Source of the DNA: a bacterium
Lineage (GTDB): Bacteria > J088 > JAWLBW01
Assembly: GCA_041690355.1 (NCBI GenBank)
Contig: JAWLHK010000002.1
Span: 248,001 to 283,081, forward strand
Direction: 5' to 3'
Length of the DNA stretch: 35,081 nucleotides
The position numbers and the translations under genes were made by a program. Positions within the stretch are counted from its first letter, which is position 1. Every line of letters begins with the position of its first letter. Shown piece by piece: positions 9,042 through 20,568 of the stretch. The notes below the pieces were generated by a model. It ran no database searches, was not told where the DNA came from, and saw only the letters and a program-made list of their open reading frames with translations.

Positions 9042-10654
9042 CACCGCACCTGAACGCGGATTCGGGCGCGCTGCCTGCCCTGCTCGACGCCTACCATCGC
9101 AACGCGAACATCCGCCTGGTTTTCCGCAGGCAGGGGGTCGAGCGCAGCGTACTGCTGCTTTTCCGTAAGGTGCTCTTCGTCAACAGTACCGAGAAGAAAG
9201 ACCGGCTCGAGCTGCTGCTGGCCACCCGCAAGCTGCTGGGCAAAGAAGACATCCTCGCCACTGCGGGCCGGGCCCGCGAGCAGGGGATCGACTTCATGAC
9301 CATGGTGCAGCGCGAGGGGGCGCTGAAAGACGTCGGCCTGGTCGACGTCATGACCGATCGGGCCCGCTCGATCCTCATCGATCTCATGCTCTGGTCCGAC
9401 GCCGAAGTCGAATACGACGCACGCGGGTTTCTGGCCGAACCGATTCTGCCGCTGAACCTCGAGCTCATTCCCGTGCTCGTCGAGGCCATGATCCCCATGC
9501 TCACCATGGACGACTGCCGCCGCCTGCTCGGCAGCGAAGATTATGTCCCGCAGCGCACGGTGTTTCCCTGGCTGCTCGGCGATCTCGAGCACACGGCGCA
9601 CGCCGTACTCGCCAAGGCCATTTACGAACGCGTCGACGGCAAGTCGACGATCGCCGACATTCTCCAGGTCGACGGCGATGAGATTCTGCCGGGCATGAAG
9701 ATGCTGAGCTGCCTGAAGCTGCTCGGCGCCATCGACATGCCGCACCATCATGCCGAGCGCGCCGTTGCGCCGCCGCCCCCGCCGCCCTCGGAGCCTGAAG
9801 TGGAATACGAGGCCGCCCCCGCGGCCGGCGATCTTTCTTCCGAAGAGAAGTCGGCCCTCGCGAACATCTTCGAGGGCGCCGCCAATCTGCTCGAGGACGA
9901 TGAAGGAGACGATGACGATCTCGTCGTCGTCATCGAAGAAGACGACGACCTCGAGGTCGAGGTCGCCGTCGACGCGGCACCGCCCGTCGAGGTCTACATT
10001 GAAGACGACGAAGACGACCCGGAGCCGGCGTCTGAAGCTGTGACCCTGGGGACGGTCGAAGAGCCCGCGGCCGACGAGCCTGCGCCGGTTGCGGCGCAGG
10101 CCGACGAAGAACTGCTCCTGGTCGACGACGACGATGCGCCCGCCGAGGCCGAAGCTGACGCCCCGTTCGAGTCGGGCGAGACCACCGAGATCCGCAACAG
10201 CTTCAACGCGCTTCTCGACATCGACCCAGAAGAAGCGAGCCGGCTTTTCTCGGCCGGTCTCGACTTCTTTCGCCAGGGCAAAATCGCGCAGGCGGTCGCC
10301 GTATACTCCGAGGCCGTCGACAAGGACCCCTCGGTGCCCGAATACTACAGCGCCCTCGGCCTGGCGCACCTTGAAGAAACGGCCGAGCACCCGGCCGACG
10401 AGCTCGCCGCCTTGAAAGCCTTTCAGGAAGCGGTTTCGCTCGATGCCGCCCTCCCGAAGAACCATTTCTACATCGGACGGATCCAGGAGCGCCGCGGCGA
10501 CAAGGATGCCGCCGTCGCCTGCTACGAAGAGGCGCTCGCGCGGGATGCCGCGTACACACCGGCGCGCGAAGCCCTCGACGCGCTGCGCGGCGGCACGGCC
10601 GGCCGCGACAAGGATGCCGGCGCAGGCCTGCTGCGGCGGCTCTTCGGCCGCTGA
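9038..10654 (+). CDS. DUF4388-like / acidic linker / TPR protein
   Basis: ATGA overlap with def. Long D/E-rich linker, TPR repeats (YYSALGLAHL, NHFYIGRIQE) and a C-terminal GLLRRLFGR. Confidence 0.75.
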   Translation: MTPHLNADSGALPALLDAYHRNANIRLVFRRQGVERSVLLLFRKVLFVNSTEKKDRLELLLATRKLLGKEDILATAGRAREQGIDFMTMVQREGALKDVGLVDVMTDRARSILIDLMLWSDAEVEYDARGFLAEPILPLNLELIPVLVEAMIPMLTMDDCRRLLGSEDYVPQRTVFPWLLGDLEHTAHAVLAKAIYERVDGKSTIADILQVDGDEILPGMKMLSCLKLLGAIDMPHHHAERAVAPPPPPPSEPEVEYEAAPAAGDLSSEEKSALANIFEGAANLLEDDEGDDDDLVVVIEEDDDLEVEVAVDAAPPVEVYIEDDEDDPEPASEAVTLGTVEEPAADEPAPVAAQADEELLLVDDDDAPAEAEADAPFESGETTEIRNSFNALLDIDPEEASRLFSAGLDFFRQGKIAQAVAVYSEAVDKDPSVPEYYSALGLAHLEETAEHPADELAALKAFQEAVSLDAALPKNHFYIGRIQERRGDKDAAVACYEEALARDAAYTPAREALDALRGGTAGRDKDAGAGLLRRLFGR

Positions 10655-10803
10655 TCGGCCTGCCCGCCGCAGCCTGTCGGCCCGCCATTGCCGGATGCGT
10701 GCAGCCGGACGGAGAGTGAAGGCAGAGCCACGTATGTCACGCCAGGCAGATCGATCGACATTCTCCACCGCCGCCACGACCCGTCCCCTCCGGAGGCACT
10801 CCG

Positions 10804-11337
10804 ATGGATGAGGCCTACGAGCAGCAGGCGCGCAGCGAAGCGCGCACGCTTTCGACCATCTGGCTCGCCCTGGTCTTCTCGGTGGCCGTCTACGTTCTGC
10901 TGGGCGCCGCCATGGCGACCGACCAGGAACCCGCCGCGCTCCAGCGCGCCGTCGTGCGCTTCGGCAGCCTCGAGGTTGCGCTTGCGCTCGTCCGCACGGG
11001 GGTCATGGCGTTGGGCGTAGCGCTGCTGGCGGGGGCTGCGGTCGTTGCCCGCGGGTATCTTGCCGAAGGGGCCGTGCTGGCCCGCTCCCGCGGCGCCGAC
11101 GAGCAGGAGCGCCTTGTCAGCGGCTTCGGACACCTGCGCCGCTTCAGCATCCTGGCCTGGATACTCGCGCAGACGGTCATTCTGATCGGCGCGCTCTGGG
11201 CCATGTTGAGCGGCCGGGTGTTCGAGCTGCTCCCCTTCGCGGTCGCCGGGGGGACGGCCCTGCTCATGCTCAAGCCCGAAGAGGCCGCCCTGGTCGACCT
11301 GGCGCGCACCATCCGCAGCCGGCGCGGCGCCGCCTGA
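10804..11337 (+). CDS. Hypothetical multi-pass membrane protein
   Basis: GGAGG RBS and about four hydrophobic segments. Confidence 0.7.
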   Translation: MDEAYEQQARSEARTLSTIWLALVFSVAVYVLLGAAMATDQEPAALQRAVVRFGSLEVALALVRTGVMALGVALLAGAAVVARGYLAEGAVLARSRGADEQERLVSGFGHLRRFSILAWILAQTVILIGALWAMLSGRVFELLPFAVAGGTALLMLKPEEAALVDLARTIRSRRGAA

Positions 11338-11409
11338 GCCGATCCGTACCGACGCGGGAGCCTCCCCCGCTGATTTGAGCCGAAGGTCGCCGGCTGATAC
11401 GCTGTCGGC

Positions 11410-12399
11410 ATGACAGCTCCCGCACTTCTCCCGCCGCCTCCCGAAGCACTTCCCCTCCCGCAGGACGCTCATCCGCCCCTCGGGCGCTTTACGGGTCGCT
11501 TTGCGTCGCTCTCGACGCGCGCCTGGGACGCGGCCTGGGTGCGGCGCCGGCTGCAGCGTAAGACATGGTTCTACCTGGGCGCCTTCAACGAGCGATTCGC
11601 CTGCGGATTCGCCATCGTCGACGCGGGCATTCCCGCCACGGCGTTCGTCTACGTCTACGATCGTAAGACCGGTCGCTTTCACGAAGAAAAAGCCATGCGC
11701 CCATTCGGGTTTTCGCGCGCGCACGATCCGGATCTTGCCTCGACGTGGTCGCTCGCCTCGGGCGGGCGCTCGTGGCGCATTGTGGCGAACGAGACCGGTT
11801 GGCGGGCATCCTTTCGCGCGCCCGGCGGCGTTGAAATCGATCTCGACGTGGCCGATCAGACGCAGGGGTTGAGCATGTTGGCCGGGGCCCAGGGCCGGCC
11901 GTTTCACTATACCTACAAGCTGGCCGGCGCACCGGCAAAGCTCCGGCTCGCCGGCCCTGCGTTCAGCGGCGAAGTCGAGGCCGGCGGCGTCGCCGATTTT
12001 TCCAAAGGATATCCGCCCCGAACCATGTTCTGGAACTGGGCCAGCCTGGTGGGCAGCGTGGACGGCGGAGCGGGATTCGGCGTGAACCTGGTGGGCGACT
12101 TCAATAACGGATTGGAAAACGCTCTCTGGGTCGACGGCCGACTGGTTCCCCTCTGCCAGGCGGTCTTCTCCTACCAGGCGACCCGGCCGCTCGAGCCATG
12201 GCACATCCGTACCGTCGACGGCTCGCTCGATGTGGTCTTTACCCCCGAAGGCCAGCGCGCCGAGGACCTCAATGCGGGGTTGCTCTCGAGCCGGTTCGCG
12301 CAGCCGTACGGCACTTTCATGGGGACCCTGCGACTCGACGGCGTCAGCCGCCAGGTCGCCGGGACCGGCGTCGTCGAGCAGCACTGGGCGACCTGGTAA
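11410..12399 (+). CDS. DUF2804-like protein
   Basis: Motifs WNWAS, GVNL..N..ENALWVDG, PWHIRT, FTPEG and FAQPYGTF resemble the DUF2804 family as I recall it. Confidence 0.7.
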   Translation: MTAPALLPPPPEALPLPQDAHPPLGRFTGRFASLSTRAWDAAWVRRRLQRKTWFYLGAFNERFACGFAIVDAGIPATAFVYVYDRKTGRFHEEKAMRPFGFSRAHDPDLASTWSLASGGRSWRIVANETGWRASFRAPGGVEIDLDVADQTQGLSMLAGAQGRPFHYTYKLAGAPAKLRLAGPAFSGEVEAGGVADFSKGYPPRTMFWNWASLVGSVDGGAGFGVNLVGDFNNGLENALWVDGRLVPLCQAVFSYQATRPLEPWHIRTVDGSLDVVFTPEGQRAEDLNAGLLSSRFAQPYGTFMGTLRLDGVSRQVAGTGVVEQHWATW

Positions 12400-12457
12400 G
12401 GTTCCGCACACCTGCATTGCGGGCGGTCGCGAGGCGGCCCCGGTCTCGAAAAGCGGT

Positions 12458-12486
12458 TTGACACGCTGCATCCTTTCTGATTCAAT
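12458..12486 (+). promoter_or_regulatory. Probable sigma70 promoter of the act operon
   Basis: TTGACA-N17-TTCAAT, with TG at the extended -10 position. Confidence 0.5.
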
Positions 12487-12558
12487 TTCTGTTTCACTAA
12501 AACCGCTCTTCCGGGACTTGGGGTCGGGAGAAGGGCGGTACCTCGGAGCCAGAGTCTC

Positions 12559-13221
12559 ATGCCTCGTGTTTTCTGCCTTCCGACCTCGTTCTTCGTCGGA
12601 ATCCTCTCGGCGGCGACGTTGTTCGGCTGCAGCCAGTTTCAAGCACCGCAGCCCGAACAGCCCATCCAGTTCAGCCACGAGATTCACGTCACCCAGAACA
12701 ACATCCCCTGCCTGTACTGCCACCAGACGGCCGACCGCTCTGAAGTGGCTTCGGTGCCATCGACCGGCACGTGCATGAATTGCCACAAGGCGATTCCCGG
12801 GCAGAACATGCCGCAGGAAGTCGAAAAGGTTCGCGGCTACTGGGAACGTCAGGAGCCGATCCCGTGGAACCGGGTTCATGACGAACCGGACTTCGTTTAC
12901 TTCACCCACGAACGGCACGTGAAGTACTTCACCGACTGCTTCTCGACGCACCCCTCAACCGAGTGGGATAAGTGCGCGCTGAAGGAAGTCGATACCCCGC
13001 TGCCCGCCGTCGGACAGCAGAATCCGGTCATCGCTTCGCAGATGATGACCTGTGCGCAGTGTCACGGTCCGGTCTGGACCTTCACAACCGGCAAGCGCGT
13101 CGAGCCGCTCAGCATGGGCTGGTGCGTCAGCTGCCACGAGAAGCGCCTGGCCCTCGCCCCCGTAGAAGAGCAGCCCCTGATTCGCGGGCGCATGCTCGAC
13201 TGCTGGACCTGTCACAAGTAA
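12559..13221 (+). CDS. actA: Alternative complex III pentaheme cytochrome c subunit
   Basis: Five CxxCH motifs (CLYCH, CMNCH, CAQCH, CVSCH, CWTCH), plus QPIQFSHxxH, PDFVYFxH and LSMGWC. First gene of the operon. Confidence 0.9.
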   Translation: MPRVFCLPTSFFVGILSAATLFGCSQFQAPQPEQPIQFSHEIHVTQNNIPCLYCHQTADRSEVASVPSTGTCMNCHKAIPGQNMPQEVEKVRGYWERQEPIPWNRVHDEPDFVYFTHERHVKYFTDCFSTHPSTEWDKCALKEVDTPLPAVGQQNPVIASQMMTCAQCHGPVWTFTTGKRVEPLSMGWCVSCHEKRLALAPVEEQPLIRGRMLDCWTCHK

Positions 13222-13257
13222 AGATTCTGAATTTCACTTTCTGAGTTAGGCATACCA

Positions 13258-16221
<2,964 letters not shown>

Positions 16222-16242
16222 TCCGCGAGGACTGACACTCTC

Positions 16243-17571
16243 ATGGTTACCGAACTCACATACGATCAGGTAAACCGGGACGTACTCCGGACGCTCGAAA
16301 AGCCGCGCCCGTACTACTTCCTGGGCCTGGCCATCACGGCGTTCATGTTCGCCCTCGGCGCCTGGGCCGAAGCGCAGAACATTCAGTACGGCCTCGGTAT
16401 GTCGGGCTACATGCACCCGGTTTACTGGGCCTTCTACATCACCGACTTCGTCTTCTGGGTCGGCATCGGTCACGCGGGCACGCTCATCTCGGCCATCCTC
16501 TATCTCTTCCGCGCGCGCTGGCGCATGAGCGTCTACCGCGCCGCCGAAGCGATGACGGTGTTCGCCGTCGCGACCGCCGGTCTCTTTCCCATCCTGCACG
16601 TCGGCCGCCCCTGGCTCGCTTACTGGCTGTTCCCGTATCCGAGCGAACGGCAGCTGTGGCCGAACTTCAAGAGCCCGCTCGTGTGGGACGTGTTCGCCAT
16701 CTCGACGTACGCGACCGTTTCGACCGTGTTCCTCTTCATCGGTATCATCCCCGACGCCGCCGCCGCGCGCGATCGCGCGACCGGCATCCGCAAGCTGATC
16801 TACTCGATCTTCGCGTTCGGCTGGCTCGGCTCGAGCGATCAGTGGCGCCACTACATGAAGAGCTACATGTTCTTCGCCGCTTTCGCGACCCCGCTCGTGC
16901 TCTCGGTGCACTCGGTCGTGTCCTGGGACTTCGCCATGTCCATCGTTCCGGGCTGGCACTCGACCATCTTCCCGCCGTACTTTGTCGCCGGCGCCATTCT
17001 GTCGGGCGTGGCCATGGTCATCACGATCCTGATTCCGCTGCGCAAGCTGATGGGACTCGAGCACATCATCACGATGTGGCACTTCGAAGCGCTCGCCAAG
17101 CTGCTGCTGCTGACGTCGACGATCGTCGGTTACGCCTACGCGACCGAGTTCTGGAACGCCTGGTACAGCGGCAGCAAATACGAGTCCGGTCACTTCCTGT
17201 ACCGCGCCTTCGGACACTTCGCGCCCACCTTCTGGTTCGGCATGGTGTTCTGCAACTCGCTGCTCCCCCAGCTGTTCTACTTCCGCGGTGTGCGCACGAA
17301 CCTGTGGATGCTCTTCATCATCTCGATCTTCGTGAACATCGGCATGTGGCTCGAACGCTTCATCATCATCGTGACCGCGCTCAGCCACGAGTTCATGCCG
17401 TACAGCTGGTCCGACGAATATCAGCCCAGCCACATCGACTGGATGGTGACCATCGGCAGCTTCGGCTGGTTCTTTACGCTCTTCCTCATCTTCGCCAAGC
17501 TGTTCCCCATGGTCAGCATCAACGAAGTCAAGGAAATCCTGCGCCCGCCCGTTAAGGAGTCTCACAAATGA
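16243..17571 (+). CDS. actC: Alternative complex III quinol-binding subunit (NrfD/PsrC family)
   Basis: FVFWVGIGHAGTLISAIL, RAAEAMT, HVGRPW, SPLVWDVFAISTY, SVHSVVSWDF and GMWLERF. Confidence 0.95.
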   Translation: MVTELTYDQVNRDVLRTLEKPRPYYFLGLAITAFMFALGAWAEAQNIQYGLGMSGYMHPVYWAFYITDFVFWVGIGHAGTLISAILYLFRARWRMSVYRAAEAMTVFAVATAGLFPILHVGRPWLAYWLFPYPSERQLWPNFKSPLVWDVFAISTYATVSTVFLFIGIIPDAAAARDRATGIRKLIYSIFAFGWLGSSDQWRHYMKSYMFFAAFATPLVLSVHSVVSWDFAMSIVPGWHSTIFPPYFVAGAILSGVAMVITILIPLRKLMGLEHIITMWHFEALAKLLLLTSTIVGYAYATEFWNAWYSGSKYESGHFLYRAFGHFAPTFWFGMVFCNSLLPQLFYFRGVRTNLWMLFIISIFVNIGMWLERFIIIVTALSHEFMPYSWSDEYQPSHIDWMVTIGSFGWFFTLFLIFAKLFPMVSINEVKEILRPPVKESHK

Positions 17572-18083
17572 GCTCGCGTCTTCTTCTCGGGGTCTATCCC
17601 CATTTCGACGAGTTCCTCGAAGCGACCCGTAAGCTCCGCAAGGAGGGGTTTCGCGACCTGGTTCTCTTTTCGCCGACGGCCCGCCATGAACTCGAAGAGG
17701 TTCTCGAAGAGGGCCCGAGCGTCGTGCGCTGGTTCGTGCTGGTCGGCGCGCTGCTCGGCTGCCTGAGCGGCTACGTCATGACCGTGTGGATGAACCAGGA
17801 CTGGCCCATCATCGTCGGCGGCAAGCCCATCGGCGACTGGGACCTCTCGGGTACGCAGCCGTACGTCGTGCCGATGTTCGAGCTGACGATTCTGCTCGGC
17901 TCGATCTTCAATCTGGTCGGCCTGTTCGTCAATGCGCGCCTGCCGCGCATCCGCGTCGAAGCCTACGACCCGCGGTTCTCCGACGACCATTTCGGCATTC
18001 AGGTGCGCACGAGCGAAGACAAGATTGCCGCTGCCGAAGCCATTCTCTCGAAGAACGGCGCCAAGGAGGTCAAGCGTGTTTAA
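17568..18083 (+). CDS. actD: Alternative complex III subunit D (DUF3341)
   Basis: Two TM segments, WPIIVGGKP, PMFELTIL and YDPRFSDDHF; ATGA overlap with actC. Confidence 0.9.
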   Translation: MSSRLLLGVYPHFDEFLEATRKLRKEGFRDLVLFSPTARHELEEVLEEGPSVVRWFVLVGALLGCLSGYVMTVWMNQDWPIIVGGKPIGDWDLSGTQPYVVPMFELTILLGSIFNLVGLFVNARLPRIRVEAYDPRFSDDHFGIQVRTSEDKIAAAEAILSKNGAKEVKRV

Positions 18084-18612
18084 GGGTTATCACGTCGCGC
18101 TGGTCGGCCTGCTGGCCGTCACCGGCTGCGCCAAGGCCCCCGAGGTATCCGAGGGGCTCAACTACGAGAAATCGTCAATTTCGCTGGAAATGTTCGACCA
18201 GCCTGCGATGAAGCCGCAGGAAGGCTGGTACGGCCGGCAGCTCACCTATCCGACCGACACGGTTCCGGTTTCGGGCAAAGAGGCGCCGACGACCGAAGAA
18301 GAGGCCGACGCCCTGGCGAACCCGATCCCGGCTGACGAAGCCTCGCTGGCCGCCGGTAAGTTCTCCTTCTCGAAGAACTGTGCGGCCTGCCACAGCATGG
18401 ACGGAAAGGGGCAGAACCCCGTCGCCGAAAAGCTGATGGCCAACGGCATGCCGATCTGGGATATCACCCTGACGGCGCCCGGGCGCAGCGACGGCTACAT
18501 CTATCGGCTCATTCGCCACGGCGGGATGAACATGCCGGCCTACGGCCCGCAGACCAACCCCGACGAACGCTGGCACATCGTTAACTACCTTCGGAGCTTG
18601 ACGCCGCAATGA
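18076..18612 (+). CDS. actE: Alternative complex III monoheme cytochrome c lipoprotein
   Basis: Start reassigned to GTG at 18076 (AAGGAGG RBS). Lipobox AVTG-C, MFDQP..KPQE, a single CAACH, and MPAYG..RWHIVNYLRSL. Confidence 0.9.
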   Translation: MFKGYHVALVGLLAVTGCAKAPEVSEGLNYEKSSISLEMFDQPAMKPQEGWYGRQLTYPTDTVPVSGKEAPTTEEEADALANPIPADEASLAAGKFSFSKNCAACHSMDGKGQNPVAEKLMANGMPIWDITLTAPGRSDGYIYRLIRHGGMNMPAYGPQTNPDERWHIVNYLRSLTPQ

Positions 18613-19985
18613 GCACCCTGAGTCTTGCCAATCTGGCCGGTCGCAAAACGCGCCCGATTTCCGGCACCACGAAGGCAATCTTCCTGGTGGCGATCGTTGC
18701 GGCCATCATCGCCTTCGTCGTGGGGGTCGCGTCCGACAAGAAATCGATCTGGACGGCCTTTCTTACGAACTACATGCTGTTCACGCAGTTCGGCATGGTG
18801 GGTCTCGTGTTCGCGGCGATCGCGAACATCACCAATTCGACCTGGATGCGTCCGATGAAGCGCATCGCCGAAGGGTTCACGACCGTTCTGCCGGTTTCTC
18901 TGATTCTACTTTTCGTGCTCTTCATCGGCCGGGATAACCTCTGGCACTGGGCCCACGTGGGACATGAAGTGCATGCCGAAGCCCCCGCGGCCGAGCAGCC
19001 TGAATCGACGGCGAAGAAGGACCTGCCCGGGATTGCCGTCCACTACGAAGCGGACCCGGATGGATTTCTCCTCCCGCATGACCCGGATAACCACCACGGA
19101 CCGCACCTCGCCCACGTGAAGCACTGGTGGCTGAACGAGCCGTTCTTCTGGGGACGCAGCTTCGCCATCGTCATCATCTTCAACCTGCTCGCCTTCTTCT
19201 ACCGCCGGCGCTCGATGCGCCCCGACCTGGGAGCCGTCGCCGAACTCGAAGGGCGCAAGATTGACGGTTGGCAGGGGGTCGAGAAGGAAGTCGAGAAGAG
19301 CCAGCACACGCAGAAGATTCTGGCCCCCATCGTCGGCCTGATCTATGCGATCGGCTGGAGCATTCACTCCTTCGACCTGCTGCTCAGCATCGACTGGACG
19401 TTTCCCGACGCCATGTTCGGCGCCTGGCAGTTCACGACGGGACTGCTCGCGCTCTGGGCGCTTACGAACCTGTTCATGAGCTACTATCGCAAGAAGGCGT
19501 ATCTCGACGATCTGATTACCGGCCAGCAGTACCACGACGTGGGCAAGCTCATGTTCGGCTTCGGCATCTTCTGGACCTACATCATGTGGTCGCAGTACCT
19601 TCCGATCTGGTACGGCAACCTGCCCGAAGAAGCGCCTTACGTGCTGCTTCGCGTGAACGACCAGCCCTGGCGCTCGGTGAGCATTCTGCTGCCGTTCATC
19701 ATCTGGCTCATCCCGTTCTGGACGCTCATGGCCGTGAAGGCCAAGAAGAACCCGGTCATTTCGGGGGCGATGGCGCTGCTGATTCTCGCGGGCATCTGGC
19801 TCGAGCGGTACGTGCTCTCGACGGCCACGCTGTATCCGAGGGAAGTTCCGCTCGGCATCCTCGATATCGTGCTCACCGCCGGTTTCGTGGGCGGATTCCT
19901 GCTGCTCGTGACCAGCTTTCTCGGGAAGAACCCGATCCTTCCGGTTACGGACCCGTACCTGAAGGCGGGCGGCGACCATCACTGA
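18609..19985 (+). CDS. actF: Alternative complex III subunit F
   Basis: Polytopic membrane protein with WLNEPFF, HDVGKLMFGF and WSQYLPIWYGNLPEE; ATGA overlap with actE. Confidence 0.92.
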   Translation: MSTLSLANLAGRKTRPISGTTKAIFLVAIVAAIIAFVVGVASDKKSIWTAFLTNYMLFTQFGMVGLVFAAIANITNSTWMRPMKRIAEGFTTVLPVSLILLFVLFIGRDNLWHWAHVGHEVHAEAPAAEQPESTAKKDLPGIAVHYEADPDGFLLPHDPDNHHGPHLAHVKHWWLNEPFFWGRSFAIVIIFNLLAFFYRRRSMRPDLGAVAELEGRKIDGWQGVEKEVEKSQHTQKILAPIVGLIYAIGWSIHSFDLLLSIDWTFPDAMFGAWQFTTGLLALWALTNLFMSYYRKKAYLDDLITGQQYHDVGKLMFGFGIFWTYIMWSQYLPIWYGNLPEEAPYVLLRVNDQPWRSVSILLPFIIWLIPFWTLMAVKAKKNPVISGAMALLILAGIWLERYVLSTATLYPREVPLGILDIVLTAGFVGGFLLLVTSFLGKNPILPVTDPYLKAGGDHH

Positions 19986-20007
19986 TCGTCCACTTCCGCA
20001 TTCCTCT

Positions 20008-20040
20008 GCAACGGCGCCCTCGGGCGCCGTTGCCTTTTTC
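20008..20040 (+). terminator. Intrinsic terminator of the act operon
   Basis: GCAACGGCGCC-CTCG-GGCGCCGTTGC followed by CTTTTTC. Confidence 0.85.
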
Positions 20041-20065
20041 AGGCATCGGCTGCGGTCAGACTCGA

Positions 20066-20097
20066 ACAGAAAACGGCGCCTTGCGGCGCCGTTTCTG
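20066..20097 (-). terminator. Intrinsic terminator of the convergent minus-strand operon
   Basis: Minus strand reads AAACGGCGCC-GCAA-GGCGCCGTTT followed by TCTGTT. Confidence 0.8.
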
Positions 20098-20117
20098 CAG
20101 AGGTCCGGAAATCCCGA

Positions 20118-20528
20118 TTACTTGGCGGTCTTCTTCTTCGCATTCTTCGCAGGCGTGCGCGCTGCCGAAGTCCGCGCGGCCGTCTTGGTGGCGGCCGCGG
20201 TCTTCACGGATTTGGCGCGGGGCGCAGCGGCAGGCTTGCGGCGGGGAGGGCCGTCGGCAGAGTCACGCAGGGTGGTGAGCACCTGCTGCTCGAGTTCCTG
20301 GCGCTGTGACGAATTCAGGCGCGCGCCACGGCTGAGCAGATTGAGAACATAGTTCTCCATCCCGTTCTCGTTTCCCTTGCCGCTGGCCTTGTCGAGCGCT
20401 TCGCGCACGGCCTGGCGCACCATGGCTTCGGGCGTAATGCCGCGCGCTCGCGCGACGGCCTCGATGGCCTTCGCCTGTTTGCCGGTGAAACGAACATCAA
20501 AGGTATAAACGGGGGCTTGCTTCTTCAT
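20118..20528 (-). CDS. Ribbon-helix-helix-like protein with a Lys/Ala-rich histone-like tail
   Basis: N-terminus has a beta strand (YTFDVRFT) and two helices (KAIEAVARARGITPEAMVRQAVREAL), a CopG/RHH pattern. C-terminal tail KPAAAPRAKSVKTAAATK...KKKTAK. Confidence 0.7.
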   Translation of the reverse strand: MKKQAPVYTFDVRFTGKQAKAIEAVARARGITPEAMVRQAVREALDKASGKGNENGMENYVLNLLSRGARLNSSQRQELEQQVLTTLRDSADGPPRRKPAAAPRAKSVKTAAATKTAARTSAARTPAKNAKKKTAK

Positions 20529-20568
20529 GGATCACCCGGGAAAATCTGTGCGCCGCTCGCGCGGAATT

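Noticed and set aside
10522-12951. 809-aa minus-strand ORF
   Set aside because: It overlaps four plausible plus-strand genes in antisense and has no recognisable domain.
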